Part shown: piece after piece, positions 30,109-38,425 of the stretch
Position numbering within the stretch: the first letter of the stretch is position 1
Layout of the letters: every line of letters begins with the position of its first letter
Sequence record: MK047718.1
Length of the DNA stretch: 64,000 nt
Reading direction: 5' to 3' (one strand)
Source of the DNA: Escherichia phage p000y
Notes under the pieces: model-generated
Database searches by the model: none
The model's input: the letters and a program-made list of their open reading frames with translations, nothing else
What the model was told of the DNA's origin: nothing
Made by a program: the position numbers and the translations under genes

Positions 30109-30413
30109 TGACCACCATTGAAGTTTTTGAATATTGTTATAACAGCCCAGTATGCAATAAAAGGGCCCTTGTAGAAAATTACGAGATTTACCATTTTAAA
30201 CCTAAACGATATCGTTTGACTAAAGGTCCGTTCGCAGGGCAGCAGGTTCTTTGTACTGCTCCTAATGCACGACTGATGACTAGTATTCCACATTTCAAAA
30301 TGGAATTTATTGACGGGCCATTTAAGGGATTAATCACTCAAAGTTTAATGGCGTTTAATTCCGACCCATTTTTGATTAAAGAAAAAATTTGGATAAATTT
30401 ATTTTCTAATTGA
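30105..30413 (+). CDS. hypothetical protein
   Basis: 102-aa ORF. Confidence 0.6.
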   Translation: MMTTIEVFEYCYNSPVCNKRALVENYEIYHFKPKRYRLTKGPFAGQQVLCTAPNARLMTSIPHFKMEFIDGPFKGLITQSLMAFNSDPFLIKEKIWINLFSN

Positions 30414-30419
30414 GGTTAT

Positions 30420-30782
30420 ATGAAAGCATATCAAATTCTTGAAGGCACACACAAAGGCACTATTTATTTTGAAGACGGTACTCAAGCCCGGATTATTGTC
30501 TCTAAGACTTTTAAAGAAGACGCTATTGTAGACCCAGAAATTTTCTACGGTTTGAATGCCCGTGAAATTGAAATTGAACATCAACCTAAAGTTAAAATTG
30601 AAGGTGGTCAACACCTGAACGTTAATGTTCTGCGTCGTGAAACTCTGGAAGATGCAGTTAAGCATCCAGAAAAATATCCGCAGTTGACCATCCGTGTATC
30701 CGGTTATGCAGTTCGCTTTAACTCTCTGACTCCGGAACAGCAGCGTGACGTTATCGCTCGTACCTTTACTGAGAGTCTATAA
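30420..30782 (+). CDS. autonomous glycyl radical cofactor (GrcA/YfiD-like)
   Basis: 120 aa; C-terminal glycyl-radical motif RVSGYAV; C-terminal ~60 aa match my recollection of E. coli GrcA. Confidence 0.8.
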   Translation: MKAYQILEGTHKGTIYFEDGTQARIIVSKTFKEDAIVDPEIFYGLNAREIEIEHQPKVKIEGGQHLNVNVLRRETLEDAVKHPEKYPQLTIRVSGYAVRFNSLTPEQQRDVIARTFTESL

Positions 30783-31006
30783 TGGCTAAATTGATTATAG
30801 AAGGGTCTGAAGATGTTTTAAAATGTTTTGCCGCCTGGTTTAGTTGCTCAGGCGAGCAATCATTCATTGAAGCATTTAGAATGGGTGATATTATTGGAAA
30901 CTATCCGGCAACTGATATCACTGTACGTGGATATGGTATTAATGAGCCTATCCAATTGGTCGAATATGACCTTGCCACCGATGAGGAAATTCCTTATGTC
31001 GATTGA
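30782..31006 (+). CDS. hypothetical protein
   Basis: 74-aa ORF. Confidence 0.55.
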   Translation: MAKLIIEGSEDVLKCFAAWFSCSGEQSFIEAFRMGDIIGNYPATDITVRGYGINEPIQLVEYDLATDEEIPYVD

Positions 31007-31262
31007 AGATATTAAAGGCTACAAGCCACATACCGACGATAAAATCGGTAAAGTGAACGCTATTAAAGATGCAGAAGTCCGTCTTGGATTGTTGTTTGAT
31101 GCTCTGATTGAAGAAGCATATATCTTGAAAGAAAATGAAACAGAGCAACAAACCAAAGAAGATATGGATGCAGTACAGGCTCTTAAGTATGCTAAGCAAC
31201 ATCTAAAAGAAGCCAGCATGTGGGCCTGTCGTGCAGTATTTCGACCTGAGGAAAAATACTAA
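30996..31262 (+). CDS. hypothetical small helical protein
   Basis: ATG 30996 inside track ORF 30828; overlaps upstream stop. Confidence 0.5.
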   Translation: MSIEDIKGYKPHTDDKIGKVNAIKDAEVRLGLLFDALIEEAYILKENETEQQTKEDMDAVQALKYAKQHLKEASMWACRAVFRPEEKY

Positions 31263-31561
31263 TGGCTCAAATCCTATCAGGCTTTGGAACTCATTATGAA
31301 GCATCTAGACGCATAACTGAAAGCAATCCTTTTGGCCTTGTTCCGAAGCACAAGAAAATTCAAAGCCTTGATGACTTTGAGAACCGCCTATGGGCCCTCT
31401 TTAATGAGTACAAGGCGTATCTGAAAGAAGACGCTGACGATTGTCTTGAAGAAGATGAGATTGCGTATTACGAACAACGCCTTGAACAGCTCAAGAACTT
31501 CCATCAGGTTCGTGACGAAGTATCTAAAGCAGTTAAAAAGTTAATTCCTTTCAAAGAGTAG
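31262..31561 (+). CDS. hypothetical small helical protein
   Basis: 99-aa ORF. Confidence 0.6.
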   Translation: MAQILSGFGTHYEASRRITESNPFGLVPKHKKIQSLDDFENRLWALFNEYKAYLKEDADDCLEEDEIAYYEQRLEQLKNFHQVRDEVSKAVKKLIPFKE

Positions 31562-31611
31562 TTTACTTCTCCTCTAGTTGTGTTACTATAGACTTGTCAA
31601 CTAGAGGAGAA
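31562..31611 (+). promoter_or_regulatory. early promoter (TTTACT, 16 nt, TACTAT) embedded in a perfect 14-bp inverted repeat that contains the regB Shine-Dalgarno
   Basis: Arms TTCTCCTCTAGTTG (31567-31580) and CAACTAGAGGAGAA (31598-31611) flank the -10. Confidence 0.6.
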
Positions 31612-31617
31612 ATCAAA

Positions 31618-32076
31618 ATGACTATCAATTCGGAAGTTTTTATCCGCCGTAATAAACTCCGTCGAATCTTTGAAACGGAGTTCCGCAAAATAAATGCCAG
31701 TATAAAAGATGCTGCAAAGTCTCTTGGACTACCAGGCTTTCATATCAAGTATTCTCAACATCTCTTAGATCGTGCCATCCAGAGAGAAATAGATGAGAAT
31801 TACGTTTTTGAATTATTTCATAAAGTAAAAAATCACGTTAAAGAAGTTGCAGAATTTTTATCAATGCCGGCACGTCCAGATGTTGATGAAGATTTTGTCG
31901 AAGGTGTCGAGTATCGTCCAGGCCGTTTAGAAATAACTGACGGAAATCTTTGGTTAGGACTTACAGTTTGTCGCGAAAATCCGGCATTCAAAATGAAGAC
32001 TCTTCAATGTAGAATGGCTATTATTAACAGTAAACGACTACCAGGAAAAGCTTCTAAAGCAGTGATTAAAATCTAG
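31618..32076 (+). CDS. regB: endoribonuclease RegB
   Basis: MTINSEVFIRRNKLRR...KYSQHLLDRAIQREIDE closely matches T4 RegB by recall; 152 aa. Confidence 0.9.
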   Translation: MTINSEVFIRRNKLRRIFETEFRKINASIKDAAKSLGLPGFHIKYSQHLLDRAIQREIDENYVFELFHKVKNHVKEVAEFLSMPARPDVDEDFVEGVEYRPGRLEITDGNLWLGLTVCRENPAFKMKTLQCRMAIINSKRLPGKASKAVIKI

Positions 32077-32084
32077 AGGTAAAC

Positions 32085-32627
32085 ATGAGAAAAGCACTAC
32101 TCGCTGGTCTATTTGCTCTTTCGTTATCAGCACATAGCTCCGAGCATACTTTTAGTAATGTCCAACTCGATAACTTGAATTATGCTTATCAGTTTGGGGA
32201 ACAGTTTTCTAAGGATGGAAAATTTAAAACGCATGAAAATATGCATAAGAAAGGACTTGGATACATAATGGCCGCAATACTATGGCAGGAATCATCTGCC
32301 GGTATTAATCTTAAAGATAAGAAAGGTCACCATGCGTATGGAATGTTCCAAAATTATCTACCAACAATGAGGGCAAGAATTAACCAACTTGGTTATAATA
32401 TGACTGATGCCCAAATTAAGAAAATGCTATCTAAGCGGTCTAATTCAGCCAGATGGGCTTATATCGAATTTTCTTATTGGTTAAATATACATAACGGGGA
32501 TATAAGAAAAGCTATATCCTCATATAATGCGGGATGGAAGACAAGTGCCGGAAGTAAATATGCTTCTGAAGTCCTAGAAAAGGCTAATTACCTTAAATCA
32601 AATAAACTACTGGAAATAAAAGAATGA
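32085..32627 (+). CDS. secreted lytic transglycosylase-like protein (SLT motifs)
   Basis: Signal peptide MRKALLAGLFALSLSA; SLT motifs WQESS, YGMFQ, SYNAG. Confidence 0.65.
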   Translation: MRKALLAGLFALSLSAHSSEHTFSNVQLDNLNYAYQFGEQFSKDGKFKTHENMHKKGLGYIMAAILWQESSAGINLKDKKGHHAYGMFQNYLPTMRARINQLGYNMTDAQIKKMLSKRSNSARWAYIEFSYWLNIHNGDIRKAISSYNAGWKTSAGSKYASEVLEKANYLKSNKLLEIKE

Positions 32628-32971
32628 CCAAAATGTTGGCTTTAATAGTTAGCTTGGTTTCATTTAACGCTCTTGCTAATACTACATATACTGATGTAAC
32701 GGAGTATACAAACAGAACGGCGTCTGATTATTGTGGTAAAAGTCAAGAGTGTAAAGTAGATTTTTCACAAAAATTGTTATATGCGTATAAAGACGGAGAA
32801 AAAGACGGGGCGTCTAGTAGGTTCAAGGCGTCTACCTTAATTAAAAGATACTATAAAAAATGGCAAATATTAGAATGCTCGGTGGCGGAACCTAAAGATA
32901 AGGCAGCATGCAATTCTATGGTGGACCGTCTAGTTGACTCTTATAATAGAGGACTTGCAGCAAGTGATTAA
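32624..32971 (+). CDS. secreted hypothetical protein
   Basis: Signal peptide MTKMLALIVSLVSFNALA. Confidence 0.6.
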   Translation: MTKMLALIVSLVSFNALANTTYTDVTEYTNRTASDYCGKSQECKVDFSQKLLYAYKDGEKDGASSRFKASTLIKRYYKKWQILECSVAEPKDKAACNSMVDRLVDSYNRGLAASD

Positions 32972-33431
32972 AAACTATATCAAGGGCGATATTGTCGCCC
33001 TGTTTTCTAAAGGTAATAATATTGCTCATGGGTGTAATTGTTTTCATACAATGGGCGCCGGTGTAGCAGGCCAATTAGCAAAGGCTTATCCAAAAATTTT
33101 AGAAGCCGATAAACTTCAAACCGAATTCGGAGACAAGTCTAAACTCGGGACTTATTCGGTTTATGAAAAATATTTTAAGACCCATAAAGCTTATTGCTTT
33201 AATCTTTATACACAGTTTGAGCCGGGACCTAATTTTGAGTACTCTGCTTTAATGAATTGTATAATAGAATTAAATGAATTCGGAAAGAATAAGATAATAA
33301 AGCCTGTAATTTATATGCCAAGAATTGGTGCAGGTATTGGTGGTGGAAACTGGGATGTCATCGAAGAGATTTTAGATACGTATTCTACTAAACTAGAAAT
33401 TGTGATTGTTGATTGGGAACCGTTATTATGA
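32934..33431 (+). CDS. macro-domain-like protein (possible ADP-ribose binding/hydrolase); start uncertain
   Basis: Motifs NNIAHGCNCFHTMGAGVAGQL and PRIGAGIGGGNW resemble macro-domain glycine-rich loops; only non-ATG starts available (TTG 32934, GTG 32964). Confidence 0.45.
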   Translation: MTLIIEDLQQVIKNYIKGDIVALFSKGNNIAHGCNCFHTMGAGVAGQLAKAYPKILEADKLQTEFGDKSKLGTYSVYEKYFKTHKAYCFNLYTQFEPGPNFEYSALMNCIIELNEFGKNKIIKPVIYMPRIGAGIGGGNWDVIEEILDTYSTKLEIVIVDWEPLL

Positions 33432-33640
33432 ATATACATTATCCACATCCATATGACCCAAAGAATAAGGCAGTAATTATTCGTCAATGGGAACGCATTT
33501 GTCGTACCAAATGTCCAATTAATAGTCAACATGATGTAGATAAAGACTACATCGGAACATTCGTTGAATATACCTTTATTGATAAGAAAGGCCATAAACA
33601 ACATGTAGAAGAATATTGCTTAAAGGTGACATGGCTATGA
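33428..33640 (+). CDS. hypothetical protein
   Basis: ATGA overlap start inside track ORF 33413. Confidence 0.5.
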   Translation: MNIHYPHPYDPKNKAVIIRQWERICRTKCPINSQHDVDKDYIGTFVEYTFIDKKGHKQHVEEYCLKVTWL

Positions 33641-33843
33641 GTCAAACAAAAATTCTTACAGGTGCTAAATGCGAAAAATGCGAATGGCCTGTAGTTTTTG
33701 CTTTATGCAATGACGAAATGGCTTGTGATTTTGATTATTGGTGTTACTGTTCGAACAAAGGTTGTAGCAATCATAAAGGTGAAGGGTTTTACTCAGGGTT
33801 TTACCCTTACCCAGATTTCGTTAAAGAAGGTGAACCTAAATGA
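33631..33843 (+). CDS. Cys-rich small protein (putative zinc-binding)
   Basis: CEKCEW...CNDEMACDFDYWCYCSNKGC; AAGGTG SD. Confidence 0.55.
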   Translation: MAMSQTKILTGAKCEKCEWPVVFALCNDEMACDFDYWCYCSNKGCSNHKGEGFYSGFYPYPDFVKEGEPK

Positions 33844-34022
33844 AATTGACTAAAGAAGAGAAAACTAAACTGTTTGAACTTATCCATGACCTATTGGATG
33901 AGCAAGCAGCCACCAATGCGTATGATGAATATGCTCCTTTGACGGACGAAGAATATCAAGCATTGTTGGAATCATTTGACAGGAAAGAACAAGAACTCAT
34001 TGACTACGTGAATTCACTATAA
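33840..34022 (+). CDS. hypothetical protein
   Basis: 60-aa ORF. Confidence 0.5.
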   Translation: MKLTKEEKTKLFELIHDLLDEQAATNAYDEYAPLTDEEYQALLESFDRKEQELIDYVNSL

Positions 34023-34031
34023 GGGACTCTT

Positions 34032-34613
34032 ATGGCTAGTTTAATTTTTACCTATGCCGCTATGAACGCTGGTAAGTCTGCTTCATTACTTACTGCCGCA
34101 CATAACTATAAAGAACGTGGCATGGGTGTATTAGTTCTTAAACCGGCTATTGATACTCGCGATTCAAAAGGTGAAATAGTCTCTCGTATTGGTATTCGTC
34201 AGGACGCCAATATAATTACAAAAGACATGGATATCTTTGAATTTTATAAATGGGCTGCAGCACAAAAGGATATTCACTGCGTATTTGTTGACGAAGCTCA
34301 GTTCTTAACTACTGAAAAGGTGTATCAACTTAGTCGTATTGTTGACGTGTACAATGTGCCGGTAATGGCATATGGACTACGAACAGATTTTAAAGGTAAT
34401 CTATTTGAAGGTTCTCAAGCATTAATGGCTATTGCCGATAAGCTTGTTGAACTTAAAGGTGTCTGTCATTGTGGTAAAAAGGCCACAATGGTAGCTAGAG
34501 TCACGGAAGACGGACTTCCAATTACAGATGGCAGTCAAATTGAAATTGGTGATACCGATAGATATGTGTCATTATGCCGGAAGCATTGGAATGATTTGAC
34601 AGGGTTGTTATAA
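34032..34613 (+). CDS. tk: thymidine kinase
   Basis: 193 aa; MASLIFTYAAMNAGKSASLL P-loop; near-identical to T4 Tk by recall. Confidence 0.93.
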   Translation: MASLIFTYAAMNAGKSASLLTAAHNYKERGMGVLVLKPAIDTRDSKGEIVSRIGIRQDANIITKDMDIFEFYKWAAAQKDIHCVFVDEAQFLTTEKVYQLSRIVDVYNVPVMAYGLRTDFKGNLFEGSQALMAIADKLVELKGVCHCGKKATMVARVTEDGLPITDGSQIEIGDTDRYVSLCRKHWNDLTGLL

Positions 34614-34640
34614 ATACTAATATCTAACCAAGAGGTATAT

Positions 34641-34853
34641 ATGCAGCAATTAAACGAAAGACAACTTCGTAATCTTACTGTAACCCAATTAGATGAAATC
34701 CGAAGAGAATTAGGACATTCTATTTCTCATTTAAACGAGGATATCCGTCAAACTGGTTCTAAAGCTGATTATACACGCAAGCGCAAGCTGGAAAAATACC
34801 TCACAGATGTTAAGGCCGTCCAAAGGCGAAAAATAAATACTGGCCAAAATTAA
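34641..34853 (+). CDS. hypothetical protein
   Basis: 70-aa ORF between tk and rI. Confidence 0.6.
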   Translation: MQQLNERQLRNLTVTQLDEIRRELGHSISHLNEDIRQTGSKADYTRKRKLEKYLTDVKAVQRRKINTGQN

Positions 34854-34865
34854 CAGGAGGCCTAT

Positions 34866-35168
34866 ATGGCCTTAAGAGCGATAGCTGTCATAGCGATGCT
34901 GGGGTTTTTTGCAGCAACAACTCCTATCGTTGGTACTGCACATATCGACCCATATTTTGATAACTTTATGGAATCAGGGATTAAAAACGTATATACTTTG
35001 TTTGAAATTCAAAATGTCGAGAATTCTGAAAAATTCTATAAGTATATGGCAAAGCATTACAAAAATAGCCCCTGTGATGATGCATTTGAATGTCATGAAC
35101 AAGGCATAAAAACTGCCAGACAATTTGCCGAGTTCATGAAAATAAAATTAGAGCCTACATCTATCTAA
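34866..35168 (+). CDS. rI: lysis inhibition regulator rI (antiholin)
   Basis: 100 aa with signal-anchor; resembles T4 RI by recall (FMESGI...KNSPCDD...FEC). Confidence 0.85.
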   Translation: MALRAIAVIAMLGFFAATTPIVGTAHIDPYFDNFMESGIKNVYTLFEIQNVENSEKFYKYMAKHYKNSPCDDAFECHEQGIKTARQFAEFMKIKLEPTSI

Positions 35169-35174
35169 TTTACT

Positions 35175-35202
35175 AGCCCCTTCCGAAAGGTCGGGGCTTT
35201 TT
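35175..35202 (+). terminator. rho-independent terminator, copy 3 of the repeated stem-loop
   Basis: TAGCCCCTTCCGAAAGGTCGGGGCTTTTT. Confidence 0.7.
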
Positions 35203-35214
35203 GGCATCTATCAG

Positions 35215-35242
35215 TTTACTTCTCCTCAGGTTGTGTTATAGT
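35215..35242 (+). promoter_or_regulatory. early promoter (TTTACT, 16 nt, TATAGT)
   Basis: Immediately after terminator copy 3 (stem-loop + promoter cassette). Confidence 0.55.
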
Positions 35243-35269
35243 AAACCTTACTTACTAGAGGAGAACGTT

Positions 35270-35449
35270 ATGTCACGTAAAGAAAAAATTTCTAAGTTAA
35301 TGTTTTTGATTGAAGAGTACGCTAATGCGGTATCTGATTGGGAAAATGCTCATGGTTGCGAAGATGGAGACATCGACATTAACAGAGCTATGAAAAAGAT
35401 GGCCGAAGCCCACACCGAATTGCAAATGTATGTTAACGAGATTATGTGA
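35270..35449 (+). CDS. hypothetical protein (59 aa)
   Basis: ATG with GAGGAG SD inside track ORF 35201. Confidence 0.5.
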   Translation: MSRKEKISKLMFLIEEYANAVSDWENAHGCEDGDIDINRAMKKMAEAHTELQMYVNEIM

Positions 35450-35456
35450 GGATATT

Positions 35457-35663
35457 ATGCTTTACGATTATACTGGAAAATCTGAAGACGGTGTACTTGA
35501 ACTTTTACCTGAAAGCGCTGAAGATGATGATATGGTGGTGATGTTTTGTAAAAATGGCCCTGGGGATAAGGGATGGATTTATCTTCGTCAAGAAAATGAC
35601 TTAATTGTTTTGGACCCTAAACAAGTTGAAGAACTTTATCAACATTTAAAACACAATCGGTAG
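35457..35663 (+). CDS. hypothetical protein
   Basis: ATG with GAGGAT SD inside track ORF 35430. Confidence 0.5.
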   Translation: MLYDYTGKSEDGVLELLPESAEDDDMVVMFCKNGPGDKGWIYLRQENDLIVLDPKQVEELYQHLKHNR

Positions 35664-35692
35664 TTTACATCTTGGTAGGACTATGTTATAGT
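35664..35692 (+). promoter_or_regulatory. early promoter cassette (TTTACA, 17 nt, TATAGT) with inverted repeat ATAGGACT/AGTCCTAT
   Basis: Near-identical to cassette at 16331. Confidence 0.55.
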
Positions 35693-35720
35693 AGTCCTAT
35701 CAAAACAAACGGAGAACAAA

Positions 35721-35831
35721 ATGAAACTTTTGCTTATCGCTTATGTTGTAGTACAATACAATTATCCGATGTTTACTTATAACATGGTAAACGGCATAGT
35801 GAATCTTATTGAAACGAGTATGGTAAAATGA
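35721..35831 (+). CDS. small hydrophobic peptide (36 aa), hypothetical
   Basis: ATG after ACGGAG SD; ATGA-coupled to next ORF. Confidence 0.3.
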   Translation: MKLLLIAYVVVQYNYPMFTYNMVNGIVNLIETSMVK

Positions 35832-36007
35832 CCCGTGAACAAGCTAATAAATTGATGGAACTTATCCGTAACTTACGTGAAGCCGATTCAGATTTGAATG
35901 ATGTAGCTTATCATGCAGTAAATGATAACGAAGACTTTTATGAAAATCAGGTTGATGCTTGTCTGAATGATTTGGTGAATTTTGTTGAAACTTTAATTGG
36001 TGAATAA
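35828..36007 (+). CDS. hypothetical protein (59 aa)
   Basis: Below track cutoff; acidic helical. Confidence 0.4.
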   Translation: MTREQANKLMELIRNLREADSDLNDVAYHAVNDNEDFYENQVDACLNDLVNFVETLIGE

Positions 36008-36008
36008 T

Positions 36009-36539
36009 ATGAAAACTGTAATTGAAACAACCGAGTTGTTTGGCGATTTATGTATCGAAAAACGTGGTTATGCTTACGTTCTGACACAAGAAGATGATGC
36101 TGTTACTATTCTTCCTATGGAACTGGACAAGATTTTGAAACTCAATCCGCCCGGCCATGCATCTGTAATTAACATTGATGAAGACCTTCAAGTTCGTTTT
36201 TATCACGGTCTTTATAGTGGGGTTAATATCGAAACAGAAGATGAATGCCTTTCTATCAATAATTGGAAAACATTCGTCACTAAGGTGAAAGAATTAATGG
36301 AATCTGAAACAGCCAAAAAGGCCAAACTTCAATGGGCTAAATGCCGTAATGCTTTTATTACAAATCAGGACCGCCCTGACTATACAACAGTCCTAGGCGT
36401 TAATCCTTCTTATGAAGACGGTGATGTCGTAGTTATTCGCCAAATTGATGACCTTCGTCAACATATCATTACATTAGACAAAGATGAAGCAGTTGCTCTT
36501 AAAGCTTATCTTGATTCTATTATCCCAACCTTGAAATAA
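36009..36539 (+). CDS. hypothetical protein
   Basis: ATG 36009 inside track ORF 35997. Confidence 0.65.
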   Translation: MKTVIETTELFGDLCIEKRGYAYVLTQEDDAVTILPMELDKILKLNPPGHASVINIDEDLQVRFYHGLYSGVNIETEDECLSINNWKTFVTKVKELMESETAKKAKLQWAKCRNAFITNQDRPDYTTVLGVNPSYEDGDVVVIRQIDDLRQHIITLDKDEAVALKAYLDSIIPTLK

Positions 36540-36549
36540 GGAAATTATT

Positions 36550-37023
36550 ATGATTATCAATGAAAACTCTTGGCACTTTAAAATTTATGCCACGTTTAAT
36601 AGTACATGGAATCGTCCGAAAACGTTGTGTGCTTATTTTTGGAAAACGCTAATCCCGGTATTGGCTGCTTCAATTATTGGATTTGCGATTTTAGCAGCAG
36701 TCACAATCATTGGTCAGGAAATTTTAACTAAATTCTTTGTTTTTAGCAGTCTATGGACATTAGTTCCAGCTTCAATTGGTATAGGCATTTTAACAATATC
36801 AGTAATGGTTCTTATTGCTGTCGGGGCGGTAATTGGTCCATCTTGGTTATTAGACAAATATAACGACAGAAAATATTATAAAGAAATTGAGCTCATTGCA
36901 CAAAACCAAGAACGAATTAAAAATGGACTTGAGCCTATTGAACGTAAGAAATCATTAATAGGTGAATACATTAAAGCTCGTAAAGAAAAAGTCTGTCCTA
37001 CTCTTGAATATAAGGCTAAATGA
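36550..37023 (+). CDS. membrane protein, hypothetical
   Basis: 157 aa with multiple hydrophobic helices. Confidence 0.65.
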   Translation: MIINENSWHFKIYATFNSTWNRPKTLCAYFWKTLIPVLAASIIGFAILAAVTIIGQEILTKFFVFSSLWTLVPASIGIGILTISVMVLIAVGAVIGPSWLLDKYNDRKYYKEIELIAQNQERIKNGLEPIERKKSLIGEYIKARKEKVCPTLEYKAK

Positions 37024-38009
37024 TGAAAACAATTATGAAAGGCTACTTTGGTAGCCACCTTTATGGAACGTCTACTCCTGAATCTGACGTCGATTTTAAA
37101 GAAATTTATGTCCCTCATGCTCGTGATATCTTGACCGGTAACGTTAAAGAACACATGAGCAAGAACACTAACAACACTGCTTCTAAGAACACAAAAGACG
37201 ACGTGGACCATGAGTTGTATAGTCTCAAATATTTCTTTAAACTAGCTGCAGATGGTGAAACCGTCGCATTAGATATGCTTCACACCCCACAAAGTCTAGT
37301 AGTTAAATCTGATTTGCCTGATGTATGGAAGTATATTCAAGATAACAGGTCTCGTTTCTATACCACTAACATGAAATCTTATTTAGGGTATGTCCGTAAG
37401 CAAGCTTCTAAATATGGTGTCAAGGGTTCTCGACTGGCTGTTCTTCGTCAAGCCCTTAAACGTTCTAATGAATGGGGACAATACTTTGATAATGGTGCAG
37501 TAATTCGTTTATCACATATGAAGAACGTTCTGCCTGTAGGTGAATTTGCTTCATGGGTTGAAACCGAAAACGAGAAAACAGGTAAGCAAACATTCTATAA
37601 TCTGTTGGACCGTAAATTCCAAGACACGTTAACCAATAAAGAGTTCAATGCCATCCTGGTTAAACTGGAAGAGAACTATGGTGAACGTGCTCGTAAGGCG
37701 GAAGCCAACGAAGGTATTGACTGGAAAGCATTGAGTCATGCATGTCGTGGTGGACTTCAACTATTGGAAATTTATAAAACCGGTGACTTGGTTTACCCAC
37801 TTCAGGATGCTCCATTTATTCTCGATGTTAAGCTTGGTAAACATACGTTTAAAACTGTACAAGAATTCCTAGAAGATATTGTTGACCAAGTTGAACATGC
37901 GTCAGAACAAGCTGCCAAGAATGGTATGCAACAAAAAGTAGATATGAGTTTCTGGGATGATTTCCTTGAGCAAGTCTATCTCGAAAATCATAATTCTTAC
38001 TATAAATAA
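37020..38009 (+). CDS. predicted nucleotidyltransferase-fold protein (GS...SDVDF motif)
   Basis: 329 aa; N-terminal YFGSHLYGTSTPESDVDF fits the Pol-beta-type NTase motif. Confidence 0.6.
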   Translation: MMKTIMKGYFGSHLYGTSTPESDVDFKEIYVPHARDILTGNVKEHMSKNTNNTASKNTKDDVDHELYSLKYFFKLAADGETVALDMLHTPQSLVVKSDLPDVWKYIQDNRSRFYTTNMKSYLGYVRKQASKYGVKGSRLAVLRQALKRSNEWGQYFDNGAVIRLSHMKNVLPVGEFASWVETENEKTGKQTFYNLLDRKFQDTLTNKEFNAILVKLEENYGERARKAEANEGIDWKALSHACRGGLQLLEIYKTGDLVYPLQDAPFILDVKLGKHTFKTVQEFLEDIVDQVEHASEQAAKNGMQQKVDMSFWDDFLEQVYLENHNSYYK

Positions 38010-38040
38010 ATAGATAAATAACCATTCACTTGAGGTAAAT

Positions 38041-38307
38041 ATGAAAAAATTAGTAATTGGTTTATTCGCAGTAATGATGGCGTTCTCTGTTGGTGCTACC
38101 ACGGGTGCAGGAGCTGGTGGTAACCAGTCTTCTGGGCCTTCCAATGGTTCGGTAAATGCATCACATTCTCAGGGTATTGAGAATATCAAATCAAGCTATA
38201 TTAATAGCACGGCTGGACAAGCAACTGAAGCATGGTCAAAGGGCCGAGTAGTTACTCACTCTGTATTCTGTGATATGCCTAATTATGTTGCTAAGTGCGA
38301 TAAGTAA
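38041..38307 (+). CDS. small secreted protein, hypothetical
   Basis: Signal peptide MKKLVIGLFAVMMAFSVGA; Gly/Ser-rich. Confidence 0.6.
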   Translation: MKKLVIGLFAVMMAFSVGATTGAGAGGNQSSGPSNGSVNASHSQGIENIKSSYINSTAGQATEAWSKGRVVTHSVFCDMPNYVAKCDK

Positions 38308-38312
38308 ATGTG

Positions 38313-38331
38313 GGGACCTTCGGGTCCCTTT
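38313..38331 (+). terminator. rho-independent terminator
   Basis: GGGACC-TTCG-GGTCCC followed by TTT. Confidence 0.6.
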
Positions 38332-38359
38332 AGGGGGTTAAAATATTTTAAAAAAGTAG

Positions 38360-38387
38360 TGTACATGCTTTTAGGATATGTTATTAT
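38360..38387 (+). promoter_or_regulatory. early promoter (TGTACA, 16 nt, TATTAT)
   Basis: Read from sequence. Confidence 0.5.
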
Positions 38388-38425
38388 AGACCTATCGAAA
38401 CGAAATGAGTAAATTGGAGAATAAA

